From: Amoebophrya sp. A120
Taxonomy: Eukaryota > Protista > Dinoflagellata
Direction: 5' to 3'
Length of the DNA stretch: 64,000 bases
Assembly (NCBI GenBank): GCA_905178155.1
Contig: CAJINV010000010.1
Span: forward strand, 423,866-487,865
Shown here one piece after another: positions 36,547 through 49,520 of the stretch. Every line of letters starts with the position of its first letter. Position 1 is the stretch's first letter. The position numbers and the translations under genes are program-made. Under the pieces are notes generated by a model. That model was not told the origin of the DNA and made no database searches. It worked only from the letters and a program-made list of their open reading frames with translations.

Positions 36547-39500
36547 TCAAGTATAGAAGTTGTACGGCGATTCAAGAAGTAGAAACCCGTTTGAGAACCT
36601 CCCGAGCATACTGGGACTCGGCGTTGCCTCCGATCCGTTGTTTTGCCAGTCGGCGGAAGATAACGTCCACACCCCTTCCAAAGACGGCGCCGCGATGCTT
36701 GGATTGAAACTGTTCCAAATTTCTCTGCCCTTGTCCTCCATTCTATCCTTGTACGTTTATGACAGTTCATAATTCCCCCTCCCCCTCATTTGTCATGCAA
36801 AATACCAAATCCACCCTTTGCCCTGTGGCACTGCTTGCGTGACAGATTCCCGAAGCCGAAACAGCTCTGCAGTCAGTCGTAAATATGTCATGCAAAAGCT
36901 ACATCTCTGCCAGGACTTGTGTTGCTGCGGATGCCATGTCCAAATGAGGGGGAGGGGGAGTTGTGCGCTTTCATAACGTTTCTGCCACGTCCAAAGCCGC
37001 GTCCGGGAGATTCTGCGGCAAGGCGGCCACTATGCATTGCAAATAGGTCTGCGTCTGGAAGATTGCAAGACTTGTCATGCTTCTCGGGCTTGACTCTTAG
37101 CTCTGTAATGCTGAGCAGGCGCGAAAAGATCCTCTGGTCTGTTATACAAAAATCGAGCCTGCCATGGGGAATACGTCGCAACACGACGGGGAACAAAAAC
37201 TTGTCATGCTCGGCCACCTATCGCAGTGATCTGATTATTCACAGACCTGCATCACAAATTTCCAGACCCAGACATATTTGCAGTGGATAGCCGCAGCGTA
37301 GGGGTAGGCCCGTTTGATCTCCACTGACATTTCTTCGTAGATCGCGTTCAGTTGGCTTCGCTCGGGCCCGGTGTCCGGGATTTGTAGCCTCTCCACGATC
37401 CTTTCCAGCCCGGTTTTGTACAAATGGTCAATCTCCTGGTCCAGAGCCAAATGCCAGTTGTTGTCCAGCCCCGCGGCGTTATTCGGACACGCGTCGCAGT
37501 CGCACTCGTAGCGCTGCGTTGCGACCAGCCAGTAGACCCGGGAATTTCCGCAGAACCGCGGACACCAGAGGTTGTCCATGGTTTGAAAATTTGCGTCCTC
37601 CCGCTTGCAGCACCCCCCGATGTTGGGCTGCGTGACCCCGTCGTCGCAGATGTAGTCGTGGTTTTTGGTCGCCGGGGGCTCGCACTTCTGGTACTTCGCA
37701 CAGGGACTGTCCTTCTTGATGCAATGGTTGTTGCAGTCGTCAGAGATGTCCGCAATGTGGTTGCACTTGGTCGCGCAGGAAATCCCGCAGGATAAGGCCT
37801 CGGAGGAACCGCAATGGGCGGCGAGGGCGTTGCACTGCAGCTGGTTTTCGTCGGTGCAAATGTGCTCGTACTCGGGGGAGGTGCAGCAGGAGGTGGAGTT
37901 GAGTGCGGTGATGATGTCTGTCGTATAGAAGTAGAAGTACAACTAGAATTTATTTTACAAACATCTTGTTCATGACCACAATCGAAAGAGAGCACAAGCA
38001 CACTCGCTGTTAATCTTGTTGCATCACAAGCATTTGCTGAGAAACGCATCATCGTTTTCACGTATCAAAAAATACCGCTCTTGCACGCGCAGTGCGCGCT
38101 GGCTTGTATCTGCTCCCACCGGGTGCTGTGGGGATACCTGTATCAACTGTAAAAGTGTCTGGGTCTGAAAGATTCTGACACTTGTGGTCATGCACGTTTT
38201 GCATGAGCCATGAAAGATGTCTGTGATGCATACCCTGGTAATACAGATTTTCTGAGGGCTTCTTGATGCCTAATTTCGCATGACAAATGGAAATGCCTTC
38301 TCAGCGTAGCAAAAGATGCATTCCCTTTGCTACTCATGCAATACAGCTTTTTTTGGAATCCACATGCAGCATCACAAGTTGCATTCTTCCAGACCCAGAC
38401 ATTTTTGCACCTGATAACCTGGAAACGCAAGCAATCCACTCGGCCGCCATCGTTGTCCTTTCAAAAGCGACGGAGTCACAGACTTTCATGCTGTTGCCGG
38501 AAGCCGTTTCCGCGACTGCATGGTCGAATAGGCACTTTACTTTGTCCCAGAAAGTATGAACAGGGGAAGCGCACTTCTTCGATGGTGTAGTGAAGCTGAA
38601 GAGAGTTCTTGCAGACACAGCACAAAGAGATCCACCATCTGAGGCGTGCCACTGCAACGTCGCAGTTCCAGTTGCACATAGACATACACATACTTGTGAC
38701 ATTCCGCATGAACATGATTGCAGATCATGACCTCTTCCTCTTCTCATCATCTTCATCACCATGACCACCAGAAAAGGCCTTCCTCTCCATACCACTGGGA
38801 ACATTCACACGGCGCCCCGGCCAGGCTCTCGTAGGCGGTTTCGAGGCAAAGTATGACCCGCTCAGGTGTTACAATGTCAAGCGTTGCAATAGAATATGGA
38901 GATCTGTGATGCAAGAGCTGCATGATCTAGCCTACTCTGACAGGATTGCGCATGACAAGTTGAAGTTTCGGAGTCCCAAAGAGCCGCACATGGAAATTTG
39001 TATTGCAGAAAGTGGAACGCACTGGAAGTCTGTCATGCTCATCATGCAAGACAAAATCCAGACTCTACTGTAACAACTGAGATTGTAACACCTGAGCGCG
39101 TTGTACAAAGCGGCGGGCATTTCTGCTTGCACTCCTGCGCCCGCGCGTCCGTGCAATCCGGGTTGCTATGACAGTGCACAGCTTCCCCTCCCCCTCATTT
39201 GTATAGCATAAACGGCAATCCAAGCGTCAGCAAGAATGCCGGTTTTGCATGACAAATTTGCCCAAGAGTGTAGTACTGTGTGGGCTTCCGGAGTTTGTCA
39301 TGCAAGCAGTGCCAACAGGCGCAGCCTGGATTTGGCATTTTGCGTGACAAATGAGGGGGAGGGGGGATTGTGCACTGGCGTAGTTGCAATCCAAGGTGCA
39401 CATGTTTGTCCAGGTGGGGTGGTCGCAGCAATTTATCGCGCTGGTCCAGCTGGGGTCATGGCTGTACATGTCTCGCCATTTCGGCGTCAGGTCGTTCTGG

Positions 39501-39931
39501 CACCAGCAATCCACGTGGACACGCTCGGACGTACCTGGTGGCGGTTTTGCAGCGTTATGTAGGCTAGCTGTCAGTACTAGGCTCTTTGTGCAGCTTCGCA
39601 CGTATTCATCGAAAACGAAAAAGAATGAAGCGAATTGGTTTATCATTGTGGTCGGGCATAATTCAAGCACAAGCACAATGAGGCAGCATTACAACGTCAA
39701 ACTCCTGAACAGCACAATATCAATACCGGGAACGGTAAAATCCGCCGTCTGCCATGCGTTATCACTACAGGTCGCGTAGCTTTGGTATGGTGGTGGCGAG
39801 TAGGCTGTGAGCCAGAACGAGTTGCACCACACGGAGGCCTGAGCGTTAGCAAATAACTGTGCTGGACTAAATTGTTGCAAGACTACCGTCCAAAGGAACA
39901 AGAACCGGGTGGGGATAAGCAAAACCGCCAT
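36547..39931 (-). CDS. Secreted cysteine-rich protein, 5 introners plus GT-AG introns
   Basis: Signal-like MAVLLIPTRFLFLWTVVLQ. Spliced NCCDHPTWTNMCTLDCNPDCTDARAQECKQKCPPLCLETAYESLAGAPCECS, ACVSRYPHSTRWEQ, SCCTSPEYEHICTD...CATKC, YAAAALPQNLPDAALDVAETYKDRMED...FYT*. Confidence 0.75.
36758..36975. mobile_element. Introner family F (TIR TATGAnAGnnCAnAAnTCCCCCTCCCCCTCATTTG)
   Basis: TSD acgtt/acgtt; removal gives VAET-YKDRM. Confidence 0.9.
37031..37289. mobile_element. Introner family A
   Basis: TSD gccac/gccgc; frame restored. Confidence 0.9.
38141..38416. mobile_element. Introner family A
   Basis: TSD acctg/acctg; removal gives CVSR-YPHS; GT-AG possible in a shifted register. Confidence 0.92.
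38852..39105. mobile_element. Introner family G (TIR TAYnACnCGCTCAGGTGTTACAAT)
   Basis: TSD caaag/caaag; removal gives KCPPL-CLETAY. Confidence 0.9.
39167..39382. mobile_element. Introner family F
   Basis: TSD gttgc/gttgc; removal gives LDCN-PDCTD. Confidence 0.9.
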
Positions 39932-42901
39932 GCTGGAAAAAAACTGTCGTGATCGACGTGCTCCTGCGTGTGAATGAATGTCTCCTGGGGGACAGAACGG
40001 ACTGCTGCAGGCCGACGAGGAGGAGTGTTGTTTTCGCATCAACATCTTGATCATGCGGATCGTGATCATGCGGAGATTTGGATCGAATCCAGCACCGCCA
40101 AAGCCCAATCACCAGCACGGCGAAACAGAATTCCACGTGGGTATTTGTTCGTTGCACCGTCAATGGAATGTCAATTAGGACGACGTAGTGGTCTTCTACC
40201 GGTAATTTCCAGCCGGATATGTTGATCCAAACCGTGCCGCATGGACCTGCATGTGCATGTTCCGTGTTCTATCTACACGCGATGGAGCTCAACAAAAAAA
40301 AGAAAAAGATAGTGTGTCATCTTTTGTTTTTCGCACTACACTATCTAGTTGATGCAGTTATTCCTTTACGCGTCAGGTTTAGGAGCGAGGGCCTGACGGC
40401 GATAACGGCGGTGTTAAAGTTCGTGTTTGTTGTTGGAAACAAATAAAACTTCTTATGCAGAAGCAGGGGAACTAACAAAGGTTGATGAAGAAAATATCTT
40501 TTTTAGGTAAAAATACGACTAGAGGGGGCAGGTGGGGGTAGGTACGATGAGGCAAGAGCTGTAGACTTCAACGAAGACGGAGAGATGGAGAAAGCCGGCC
40601 GATCTATTTCCGTTTTCTTCACCGAAAGAGTTACTAGAAAGAGAGCAGGACCATGATGTTTATTCGACGTTTTGGTAAAGAAACACTACCTGCAGAGCCA
40701 CCACCTCCCGCCTAAAGAAACAACTTTAAGGACCGATAGTCTGCAAGACTTGCATGCTTTCTGCTCGATATTTTTCTGCACACCTTCCTTCCGAGATGAA
40801 GTCAACATAACCGACATTGTCATGATGAATCACGTTCAACGTAGTAGAGTTCTTCCCACCACGAAAGCACTGCAGAGCTGTAGTGGATCACACATGCACA
40901 TCGCTTTGTTGATGACGATACTTCTTCCACCGTTGGTTTTCTCCTGAACAGCTACAACTCAGAACACAAGAACTTATTTCGGGACGTGGTAAAAGACTAC
41001 AACACTGCGCACGGGCATGTGTGAGTCATTGACCCTGGTGGTCCGACCCACAGAAGGACCGTGCAAAACTTCGATAGCAATAGATACTGTACTGAAATTG
41101 AAATAAACTCGTTAATACAAAAGAAACATGTTGTTTTCCATGAGAGAGAAATCCTGGATAGATTTTGCTGTTCTACGTTTGTCAGACAAACTTCTTCTTA
41201 TTGTGTAAACGTGCAACTCAGTCAACAGTTTTGTTGAAAGATAGATTTGTTCGAGTTTTAGTTTTAGCAGAGGTGAAGATCATGACTTAGGTAGAAAGCA
41301 TCGCTTTCACCTTCTTGGAGCAAAATTTTTGAACTCTTCTTCTTCTTGTTCTTCATGCGTCGAATATCATAAAATTAGTGTGGAACTTTGCATATTCGTA
41401 GTGTGCAGCTACGCTGGTAATTTTGAGAAACAGAGCGACAACAGACACCGAGGCGACAAGAACCACCTGGCATCTAACTGTCGCCCCGCTGCAGCCTCTA
41501 CTACACTTCTCATATTTTCATTTTCCTTGTTGATTATACGGAAGGTCAGTGCCCATACCCGCTTGGTAGAATCTGCAGACACGATACCGAACGGGTTGCG
41601 CTCATTCATCTTACTGTCTTAGCCATAGAGTTTGACTCGCCACCGCTGTCTAGTACGGGGATCTTTCTCTTATTCACCTCCTTCGTGCCTGATGAAAATG
41701 TAGATTAATGTAGTACAAGTACATGATGAATATGAAAATTCAGTGATTCGACGGAAGAGACGTATTCTGCTTTTCTGCTAGTACTCACTGTGCACACAGT
41801 CATTTTTTCTGCAATCTAAAAAAATCTCGTCATGATGAGGTGCCACAAATTTCATCCAAAACGCGATGCACCAAGCAACTAGGTTGTAAAAAACTAGAAA
41901 CACTTAACAGTGATTGCCTGGGAGGTGGACGAAGAGGCTGTATAATTGTTTTGAATTTTGCAGAGTTTTCGAAGTTAGTGAGTTTTTCTGTTTGCACAAA
42001 ATTTGAATCTTCTATCCAAAAGACTACGTCATGGTGAACATGCTATGAACAGGGATTTTGTCAAGAAAATAAAACTTTTACTGTATCTAAAAATAACCGC
42101 TACGTAGTACTCAATTTCCTGTTCAATTTCGAACCAAAAAGCTGCCAACGTGTTTCTTTCTGTGGTACAAGTTTTAAGCAGACTGCCATTAGTAAAAAAT
42201 TGCTAGGTAGTGTGTCTGTGAAAAGTAACAATTTCTGAACGTCAATGATGTACAAAAAAAGCTGATTTGATCGTGCTCTAGTCCAGACTATAGCAGTAGA
42301 GAGATTGATGTTAATGTTTAAGAAGTTTATGATTCTTGGAATTTTGTAAAAAGAGTTATCTTCAGCTGCCCAAGTGCGTACAGATTTAATGCTAAACGAG
42401 AACTAGAATATATTTTATGTTACAACAGAAGCTTTGAAGCTATCAATTTTGAATTTTTACGTTCAGTCAGTGTGAGTACAATGTGAACGACCAAAGTAGA
42501 CGTCACTTTGAGCTAGTAGCTAGGAAGAACTCATAGGACAACTGAGTCACATAGGAGATACAAATAAATCTTGTACGATAGTACTGAAGAAGAACGAATT
42601 GCCTTGATCTTGCACTACCAATATATAATGTTTTTGAAGTTTTTCGTTTTCCATACAGACAGGCATTATTGCTTAGACGAGGAGGTCATGAAGAACGAAT
42701 AGTCAATCTGCTTGGTCACCCGAAGAAAAGATGAAAGAACTATGGTGCTTTTTAGCACGAAGAAATGATGCGTAAACATTATTTCACCCTCGTCGTGATA
42801 GTGGTAATGTTGCGACCAGCATAATCAATATTTTTTCATTTCATCTACATTTTTTTCACTGTAACCCTAATCAGTAGAAGTAGCACCATTCAAGAATAGT
42901 T

Positions 42902-45900
42902 TCATTTCCCCGGCGACAAAGACGACGCTGCAGCGGAAGAAGACGCAGCACCCCCTTCCTCCCCCAATGAAATGCAAATATGTCTGGGTCTGGAAGAGTG
43001 TGATGCTGTTTGTGCATGACACAGAAGGTCTAGCATGCAAGTCCTAGCAACACAGGTTTTGAGTAGGTTACGTTAGGCGATGCCTAAGTAATCCGCATGA
43101 CAAAGTTCCCTCTTTTGGTAGCAAGAAATGAGCAACTTTTGCGGTCCATGGATGACAGATTTTTTTCTGGTCTCAAATACGCATGAGAAATTTACATGTT
43201 TCCAGACCCAGACATTTTTGCAATCCATACCCCCGCCACCGTTCCAACATCAGGGCACGACGTGTTCTGTCGCACCTTCCCCGGTCCGGTGGAGGCATCG
43301 GAACTTTTCTCGTCGCTGCTGTTAGAAAAAGATTTTTCGCTGCTTGCGCAAGACGTATTGTTGCTGGTGCTGGAAGACGTTCTGCCGTGGTTGCCCGCAC
43401 GCTGATGCTGCTGGTCCTGTTGCTGCTGCCACGAGGAACGCTGCCGCGAGTGCGTGGCGTTCTGAAGGTTGTTTGACGAGGTCAAAAAAAATACACATCT
43501 TCATGATTTGTCATGCATTGATGCAACCCCGAAATAAATCGCTACTGCATGAGCATGCGCATGCTTGTCAACGTGCATTACAAACTCCTTTTACCTCAGC
43601 CCTGACGCCGCAGTAGTGAATCTGTTTTTTCGGGTCGCGTTCTATCCTGTGCAAAAGTATCGTACTCGTAGTAATCGCAGCCATGCATTACAAATTTCTC
43701 TCTGAAGTTAAATCCGCATTACAAATTTTATTTCTCATGCTGTGGAAATTTGTCATGCGATTTATTTTATACTAGTGAGATGCTTTTGCATTTCATACGT
43801 TCGATGGTCTTGCCAATCGAGATGTCGTCCACGTTGTCAATTCCGTCCTCCTCGATCCATTTCCGCACGTCGAGCTCGATCTTCTGGCACTTCTGTTCCA
43901 ATTGGTAAGCATCCTGTCCCGACCGGCTGTAGTTCGTTAAATGCGTTTTGTAGTGCACTTTCGCGAAATCCAGAAGGGCCTGGAAAAGCAGAAACCGGAA
44001 CTGGAAGTTCGTGGAACCTGGAGTCGGTAGTTTTGGGTGTGGATTTATTTTCTGGTTTGCGAATAATTGTTTTTTTCTAGGTATTGTACATGATGCACAG
44101 CCCATGCATATCAAAACCCTGTGAACAAGTTGGAGGAAAGAGCTTTCGGAACGAAAACGAATGCTAATAAAAAATTACTTAAATACGCTATACCGATCTT
44201 GTAAGCAAATCTTCTGTTGGCCAGCAATTCATGCGCATCGCTCACGTATCCGCAAAAGCACATCAGGCGGGCGGTATGTTGGGAAAATCTTGACCTTGAG
44301 GCTAGAACGTGACAGAATTAAGTATACAAGATTTGCATTCACCGCTTCTTGCTTGAAGGGATGGCACCACTTGTAAGCCTGTACGACCAAATGCATATTA
44401 ATCCTCTCTTTAGGCCGCCATGGACGCACCACCCGTTCTTATTCTTGTACTACTTCTAAATAAGCGAATCACAATCCATTTGACTTGTCCAGCATCCCCA
44501 ACATCAACTTTTCCCTCGATACATCAGCGCCGCGTCGCTGTGCGCGTTGTAGTATGCAATGCAAAGTATAAGTATCGCACTACTAGTATAAATTGCATTA
44601 CAAATTTCCCCAGCATTACAAGTTGAATTTGTAATGCTGATTTGCTTTGAAAAAGAGATTTGTATATGCATCACTGCAATTAGTACGAGCGCGATACTTT
44701 TGCAGTGCATATGTAGTACCCCGTCTGCGGACTGGTGAACGTGTAGAACTGCCGCAAAAACACCGGGTAGTAGTGCTCCAGGACCGACTGCTGAAATGGC
44801 AGATTGTTGGGGCGGTACCGCTCGAATGCGGAACACATCATGCACCAGATCCGGCTGTTTGACGGGATGTTGTGCCGCTCCTGGTAGTCCACGATCTGCC
44901 ACAGCATCTCCCAGCACTGTTCCTTCGAGATGTCCGGGTTGATTTTGTGGAAGTATTTGTTAATGAGAAAACTAGTCACGTGCAAAATCCCATTCGTGTC
45001 CAACTTCCGGTGCGATTGCATTTTGTTTTTCTTCTGGTAAACGGAAATTTGTTCCTGGATCACCTCGTGCAATTGCGAGAAGGATCCCGGGCCCGGGTTC
45101 AAAATTTGCTGGTACCGCTGCAACCCCTTCAGGAAGTTGGGCTGTTTGCTGTTCATGTTAATGCTGTTGATGTTGTGATTCGAGGACCCGGCGCCATTTA
45201 TTTTTCCTTGCGGATTGGAACAACTTGTGGACGAAGATCCTGCGATAATATTGCCCCCGCTGGCATGCTGACAACTGTGGCTCAGTTTCTGCAGCGCGAG
45301 GTTTTTGTTACTACCCGATGTTGAACTTCGCTGCTGCAGCGCCGTCGTGTGCTGCTGGTGTTGTTCCAAAATTTTAGAAGCGGAAATGTTCGACCGGTTG
45401 CTGATGCTCAACGCAGTTTGCGGCGACATGTTGTAGTAGAGCTCTTGTTGGTGCAGTCCGCTTGCTATGGAACTGTCAGGATTGAAATTGACAAAGTTGA
45501 AATGATTTGTCATGCATGAAATGGATGCCAGTTCGTTGGAACCCAGTTTCTAAGTGGCGCATGACAAATTTCGGTGGTCCTTAAATCCAGTTTGTCATGC
45601 TGTTTAGGCAAAGAAGAGGGATTTTCTCATGCTACTTTAGCAGCTCGAGCTCTAACCCCAAACAGGCTTACAATCGGCCTCACTTGCCTGCTCTGCAACA
45701 CACGCACCTCGCGTCATGCATTTTCTGCATTGCAATTTGTTTCAACTTTGACGATTTCAAACCTGACGCTTCCATACTTGCCGCGGCCGACACATTCGTA
45801 ATGGGCGACGGACAGGGCGACGGGTGGAAAGATCCAGCTCCTTGGGTCGTCGAACAAGCGTTGTAACTGTAGGTCAGATTCCCCGGGAAGTCGTAGTTGA

Positions 45901-48900
45901 AATCGGTGTAGCCGTGTTGATCCGCGGTGGTATCACCGCCGGGATTGGTCCAATACGCCGCGGCTCCGGGGGAAGACAGCGGAGACGTGCTCGGCGGATG
46001 TTGAGTGACCACTCCGGTTGGAGGATGTGCGCCAGCAGTAGTACTACCCCAGCACTGCGGATGATGGTGATGCGGTTATCCTATGTAAAAACGTCCCCAC
46101 GCCACGGTTGTATTGCAAATCTGAGTGCTGAAATTGTTTCTCATGCGGAGCCCCATGAGAAGCATTTTCCAATCGTGTTTTGCAATTTGTCATGCTCCAA
46201 TCAGCATGATATACTAGGTCTGTGATGCTGCTGAGCTAGCTCAAACAGCACTACGCTACGAGTCCAAATCTGTCATGCAAGACAGCCAAAACTTGTGGAT
46301 TTGTCTAGCCAATCCCCCATCTTGACTATGGGGTGGGGACGTTTTTACATAGGATAGCGGTTGCTGGCTGGCCGCTCCACTGTAGGCTGTCGACGCTGAC
46401 TGTGCCTGGTTGTTAAGTTGAGGCGGTGTTTGTCATCATCTTTAATTTTCATTCTGAAGCAGAACCTGGCGACGAGTGCCTCGGCATGCAGGCACCCGCA
46501 TTGGATGAACAAGATGAACGAACGTCCCCCGAAACTAAAGAATGCCATTAGCACAATAAAGAACCTCCCTACCTGCCCAGTTGATTCCAGCGACTCCAAA
46601 GACGAGCGGCAGCTCGCGCCAGCAGCGACCGTTGCACCACCACCCTCCGCAGCTAACTCCTGCTTGAACAAAGACGTACACAACCCCCCGTTTTTCCCGT
46701 TTTCCTGCTGGTGCCGCAGAATGGCCTGCCGCGTCTTCTTGATCAGCTGACTTGCGTTGTGCGGCGTTTCTTCAGTGTAGTCGTGCTGCGGGTTCATAAT
46801 TTCCTCGTTGGAAGAACTCGTCTTGGAATTGTTGTCAGAGTTGCTGTAAAACAGCTTCGTCGGCTGCATCTCCGATCCCCAGACAGGACTGTAGGTCAAC
46901 TTCGTCGGTTGCAAATCAGAACCCCAGGACCGCTCTGGAATAGTTGGCGGCTGCTTGGAGGTTGGGTTCGTGGTTTGATTCTTCGCTGGGGCGTTGTGGT
47001 TGCAATTGGGATTTTCCACGGTCAACGACCCGCTGTCATCGCGCGACTCGGATGAAATCGTGGTAAAGGAACGGGAAATCAGGTTGGAGGACTGTTTCAT
47101 ATTTGTGATGATAAACAACAACAAGATAGAAGATTAGGGTTTAGGGTGCTATATACTTGTTTCTTCCGCTACTCGTCCAACACACAATGGGACTCATGAC
47201 ACAATCCGGCCGCGTGACAAACCGAAATACGGCAAAACAACTTCTTACCTCGGCCGAACAGGATTGAAAAGCCGCTCCGGGCGTCGGAATTGCGAAGCTG
47301 CCATCAGAACTGGGAAGCGCGATGGACGAAATTTGCTCCGATTCTTGCGCCGGCGAGGATCTACGGCTGTTGTTCCTACTGCTGCGAATATGCAGTACCG
47401 CACTTTGACTCGTCGGAAGGACGTCCTTGGCCGCGACGAAACGTAAACCAGGGGAGCTGCGACTCGCCGAGTTTTGCTGGCGCTGCTGGTTCCTGATGAG
47501 TTTTATTTTAGGTTGGTCATGCACGACATCCACGCTGAATGGGGGTATGTTGAAGCAGTTTCCATAGCCGAACAATGTTTCGGCATGCCAGCGCAAGTTG
47601 TACAGAGTTGTCACAAGATGCTGCTGCAGAGAAACCGAAGCTCCAATAAAATCCTATATTCTATACTGCGCCTGCAAAGTCCGCTGCCGTTGGGATCCTA
47701 TCAGAGTCTTCAACCGATTGTAGTTCAAGGAGGGTCCGGCCGCCCGGTCGGCGCTATCCGGAGACCCGAAGTAATCACTACGAGTGTTATTGCTGTTTGC
47801 GGTCGCCGCACGGGGAAGGGGGCCTGAGTTAAAAGTACAATTTTGTCATGCTCAATACGCTTACGCGGCGTAGTGTGGATGTGAATGTGATAAGAGTATA
47901 GTACTTCTTAATGCGCAACACAAGCATCATCACGCCGTAAAAATGACACTCAGAACCGAGAGTACTACTTACTCAAATGCCACCAAACCTACCTGTCCCC
48001 TGCTTCACAGCACCACCACCACCACCGCTTCCATTGCACGCGGAATCGACTCTCCCCAGAGTGCTGTAGTTCCCGTTCTGGTAAATTTCGTTGGCTACCT
48101 GTTGCAAGTTCTGCTCGTAAATTTCGTTCTCCGCGGAAAACCCGAAGTTGGTGTACTGCCCCTGCTGTCGTTGTTCCTGACGCCAGAAATCCTGCGGACC
48201 ACCGGCGTTTGAAGTCGTTCCCGCTCTCGGTAACATCAAACGGTCCTCACTTACAGTCGTGTTAATCACGTCACCGGTCACGTTCTTGTTCCCTCCTGAC
48301 CGCCTCCCCCCGCTCATGTTCAAGGCATGCCGCTCGTTTTGCTCCTTCAGCAGTTTCAAATCCAGGCACGGTGGCCGGGCTGGCGGCGGCGGTAGCAAAC
48401 TGGGCGAAGACTGCTGCTTCGGCGCGGGCTCTAATTCATCGAAGATGGAGGTGGGCGTGTTTTTCAGGCTGTTGCTGGGGTGGTTTTTGTTGACAGAACT
48501 ACCGCAAGAACTATGATCCCGTTGGTCGTTGATGTTCATGATTTTGTTGTACTCCAGAATGTCCTGTTGCCGCTTTATGTTCGCCTCTTCCTCCTCGTCT
48601 CTCTCGCCGGCATTGTTGCTCGTCGTCGTTTTTACCAGCGGTGAGCATGACAACACCCTAGCGACGTTCAGGTCGTTTAGCACCGTGCTGTGATTCAACA
48701 CTTCCACTGAAGCTCTAGACACGTCGTTCACCGTAGAGCCACCGTCTTGGTCATGCTCTCCCGCTGTGTTGTTGCAACCACCAAAACCGCCGTTCATCAG
48801 GGTCGCACAGTCAGACAACTGCTCGCTCACCCTGTTGGTACTGTCATCGTTGTTCTCACACGTGGTTGATGCCCCGGTGTTCGTGATGCTGGTCACCGAG

Positions 48901-49520
48901 GTTTGCTTCCGCTGCTCGAAAGAAGATAAAAAGTGGCACGGTGCCCCAGTTTCATCTCCTCCAGTATTCGGATCATTTTGGTACGCTCCGAAGTACAGTT
49001 GATGGTGTTGGTCCTCTGGCGAGCTGCAAAACCCCGACATGCTATGGTGGTTATTGTAAAAACCGCCGAACGAAGTGTAGTGGTCATCGGGCGGCGACGC
49101 AGCGCCCTCCGACGGAAGGTAAGTCGAGGGGGAGGAACCGTCGAACAGCTGCTGATGGGAAGCGTGCTGGTGGTCCGCCTCCTTGTTGACGTGGTCTTGA
49201 CACTTATTTTCATCAGAATCTGCAGCAGAACCACAGCTCTCATGCTGCAGCTGCTGCTTGTAGTTTCTCATCGTGGGCTTAGTTGTCATTTTGTTTGCGG
49301 GATAAAGTAAAGCAGGAGAACCACCGACCCCGTGTTCTTCGTTATCGTCCAGGAAGTCCTCCGCTTCCATCTTTTCCGTGTTGTTCGCCTCTTCTATGCT
49401 AATCCTGTCCAAAAAGCGTGTGAGTAGGGAGTTGTCCCCCCTATAATTTCTGGTGTTCTCCTTGTCCTTGGTTGTACTATGGTCCTTCAAGGAAGTGTAG
49501 TCCTCTCGATGTGCTCGCAC
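42902..49520 (-). CDS. Large multi-exon S/N/Q-rich hypothetical protein with globular C-terminal region; 4 introners; 5' end uncertain (might be two genes)
   Basis: ORFs 47973..49520, 47141..47614, 46345..47124, 45680..46012, 44680..45513, 43767..44114 and 43192..43485 are linked by GT-starting introns and introners (SQQP-HHHHPQ, TGYY-NAHS, KTIER-DPKK, TVAG-EEGGA...GK*). Confidence 0.55.
42966..43229. mobile_element. Introner family A (left terminus AAT)
   Basis: TSD ccccc/ccccc; frame restored. Confidence 0.88.
43643..43797. mobile_element. Introner family B
   Basis: TSD cgttc/cgttc; frame restored. Confidence 0.92.
44553..44711. mobile_element. Introner family B
   Basis: TSD tgtag/tgtag; frame restored. 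Confidence 0.9.
46077..46356. mobile_element. Introner family C
   Basis: Perfect 24-bp TIR TATCCTATGTAAAAACGTCCCCAC; TSD gcggt/gcggt. Confidence 0.93.

Noticed and set aside
40300-42850. AT-rich tract with hydrophobic fragments (MFTHHFFV) suggesting a TLC-type membrane-protein gene
   Set aside because: I could not build a continuous exon chain by hand; left unannotated.
47134-47147. TTAGGG/TTTAGGG telomere-like repeat
   Set aside because: Only two units, inside a probable intron.
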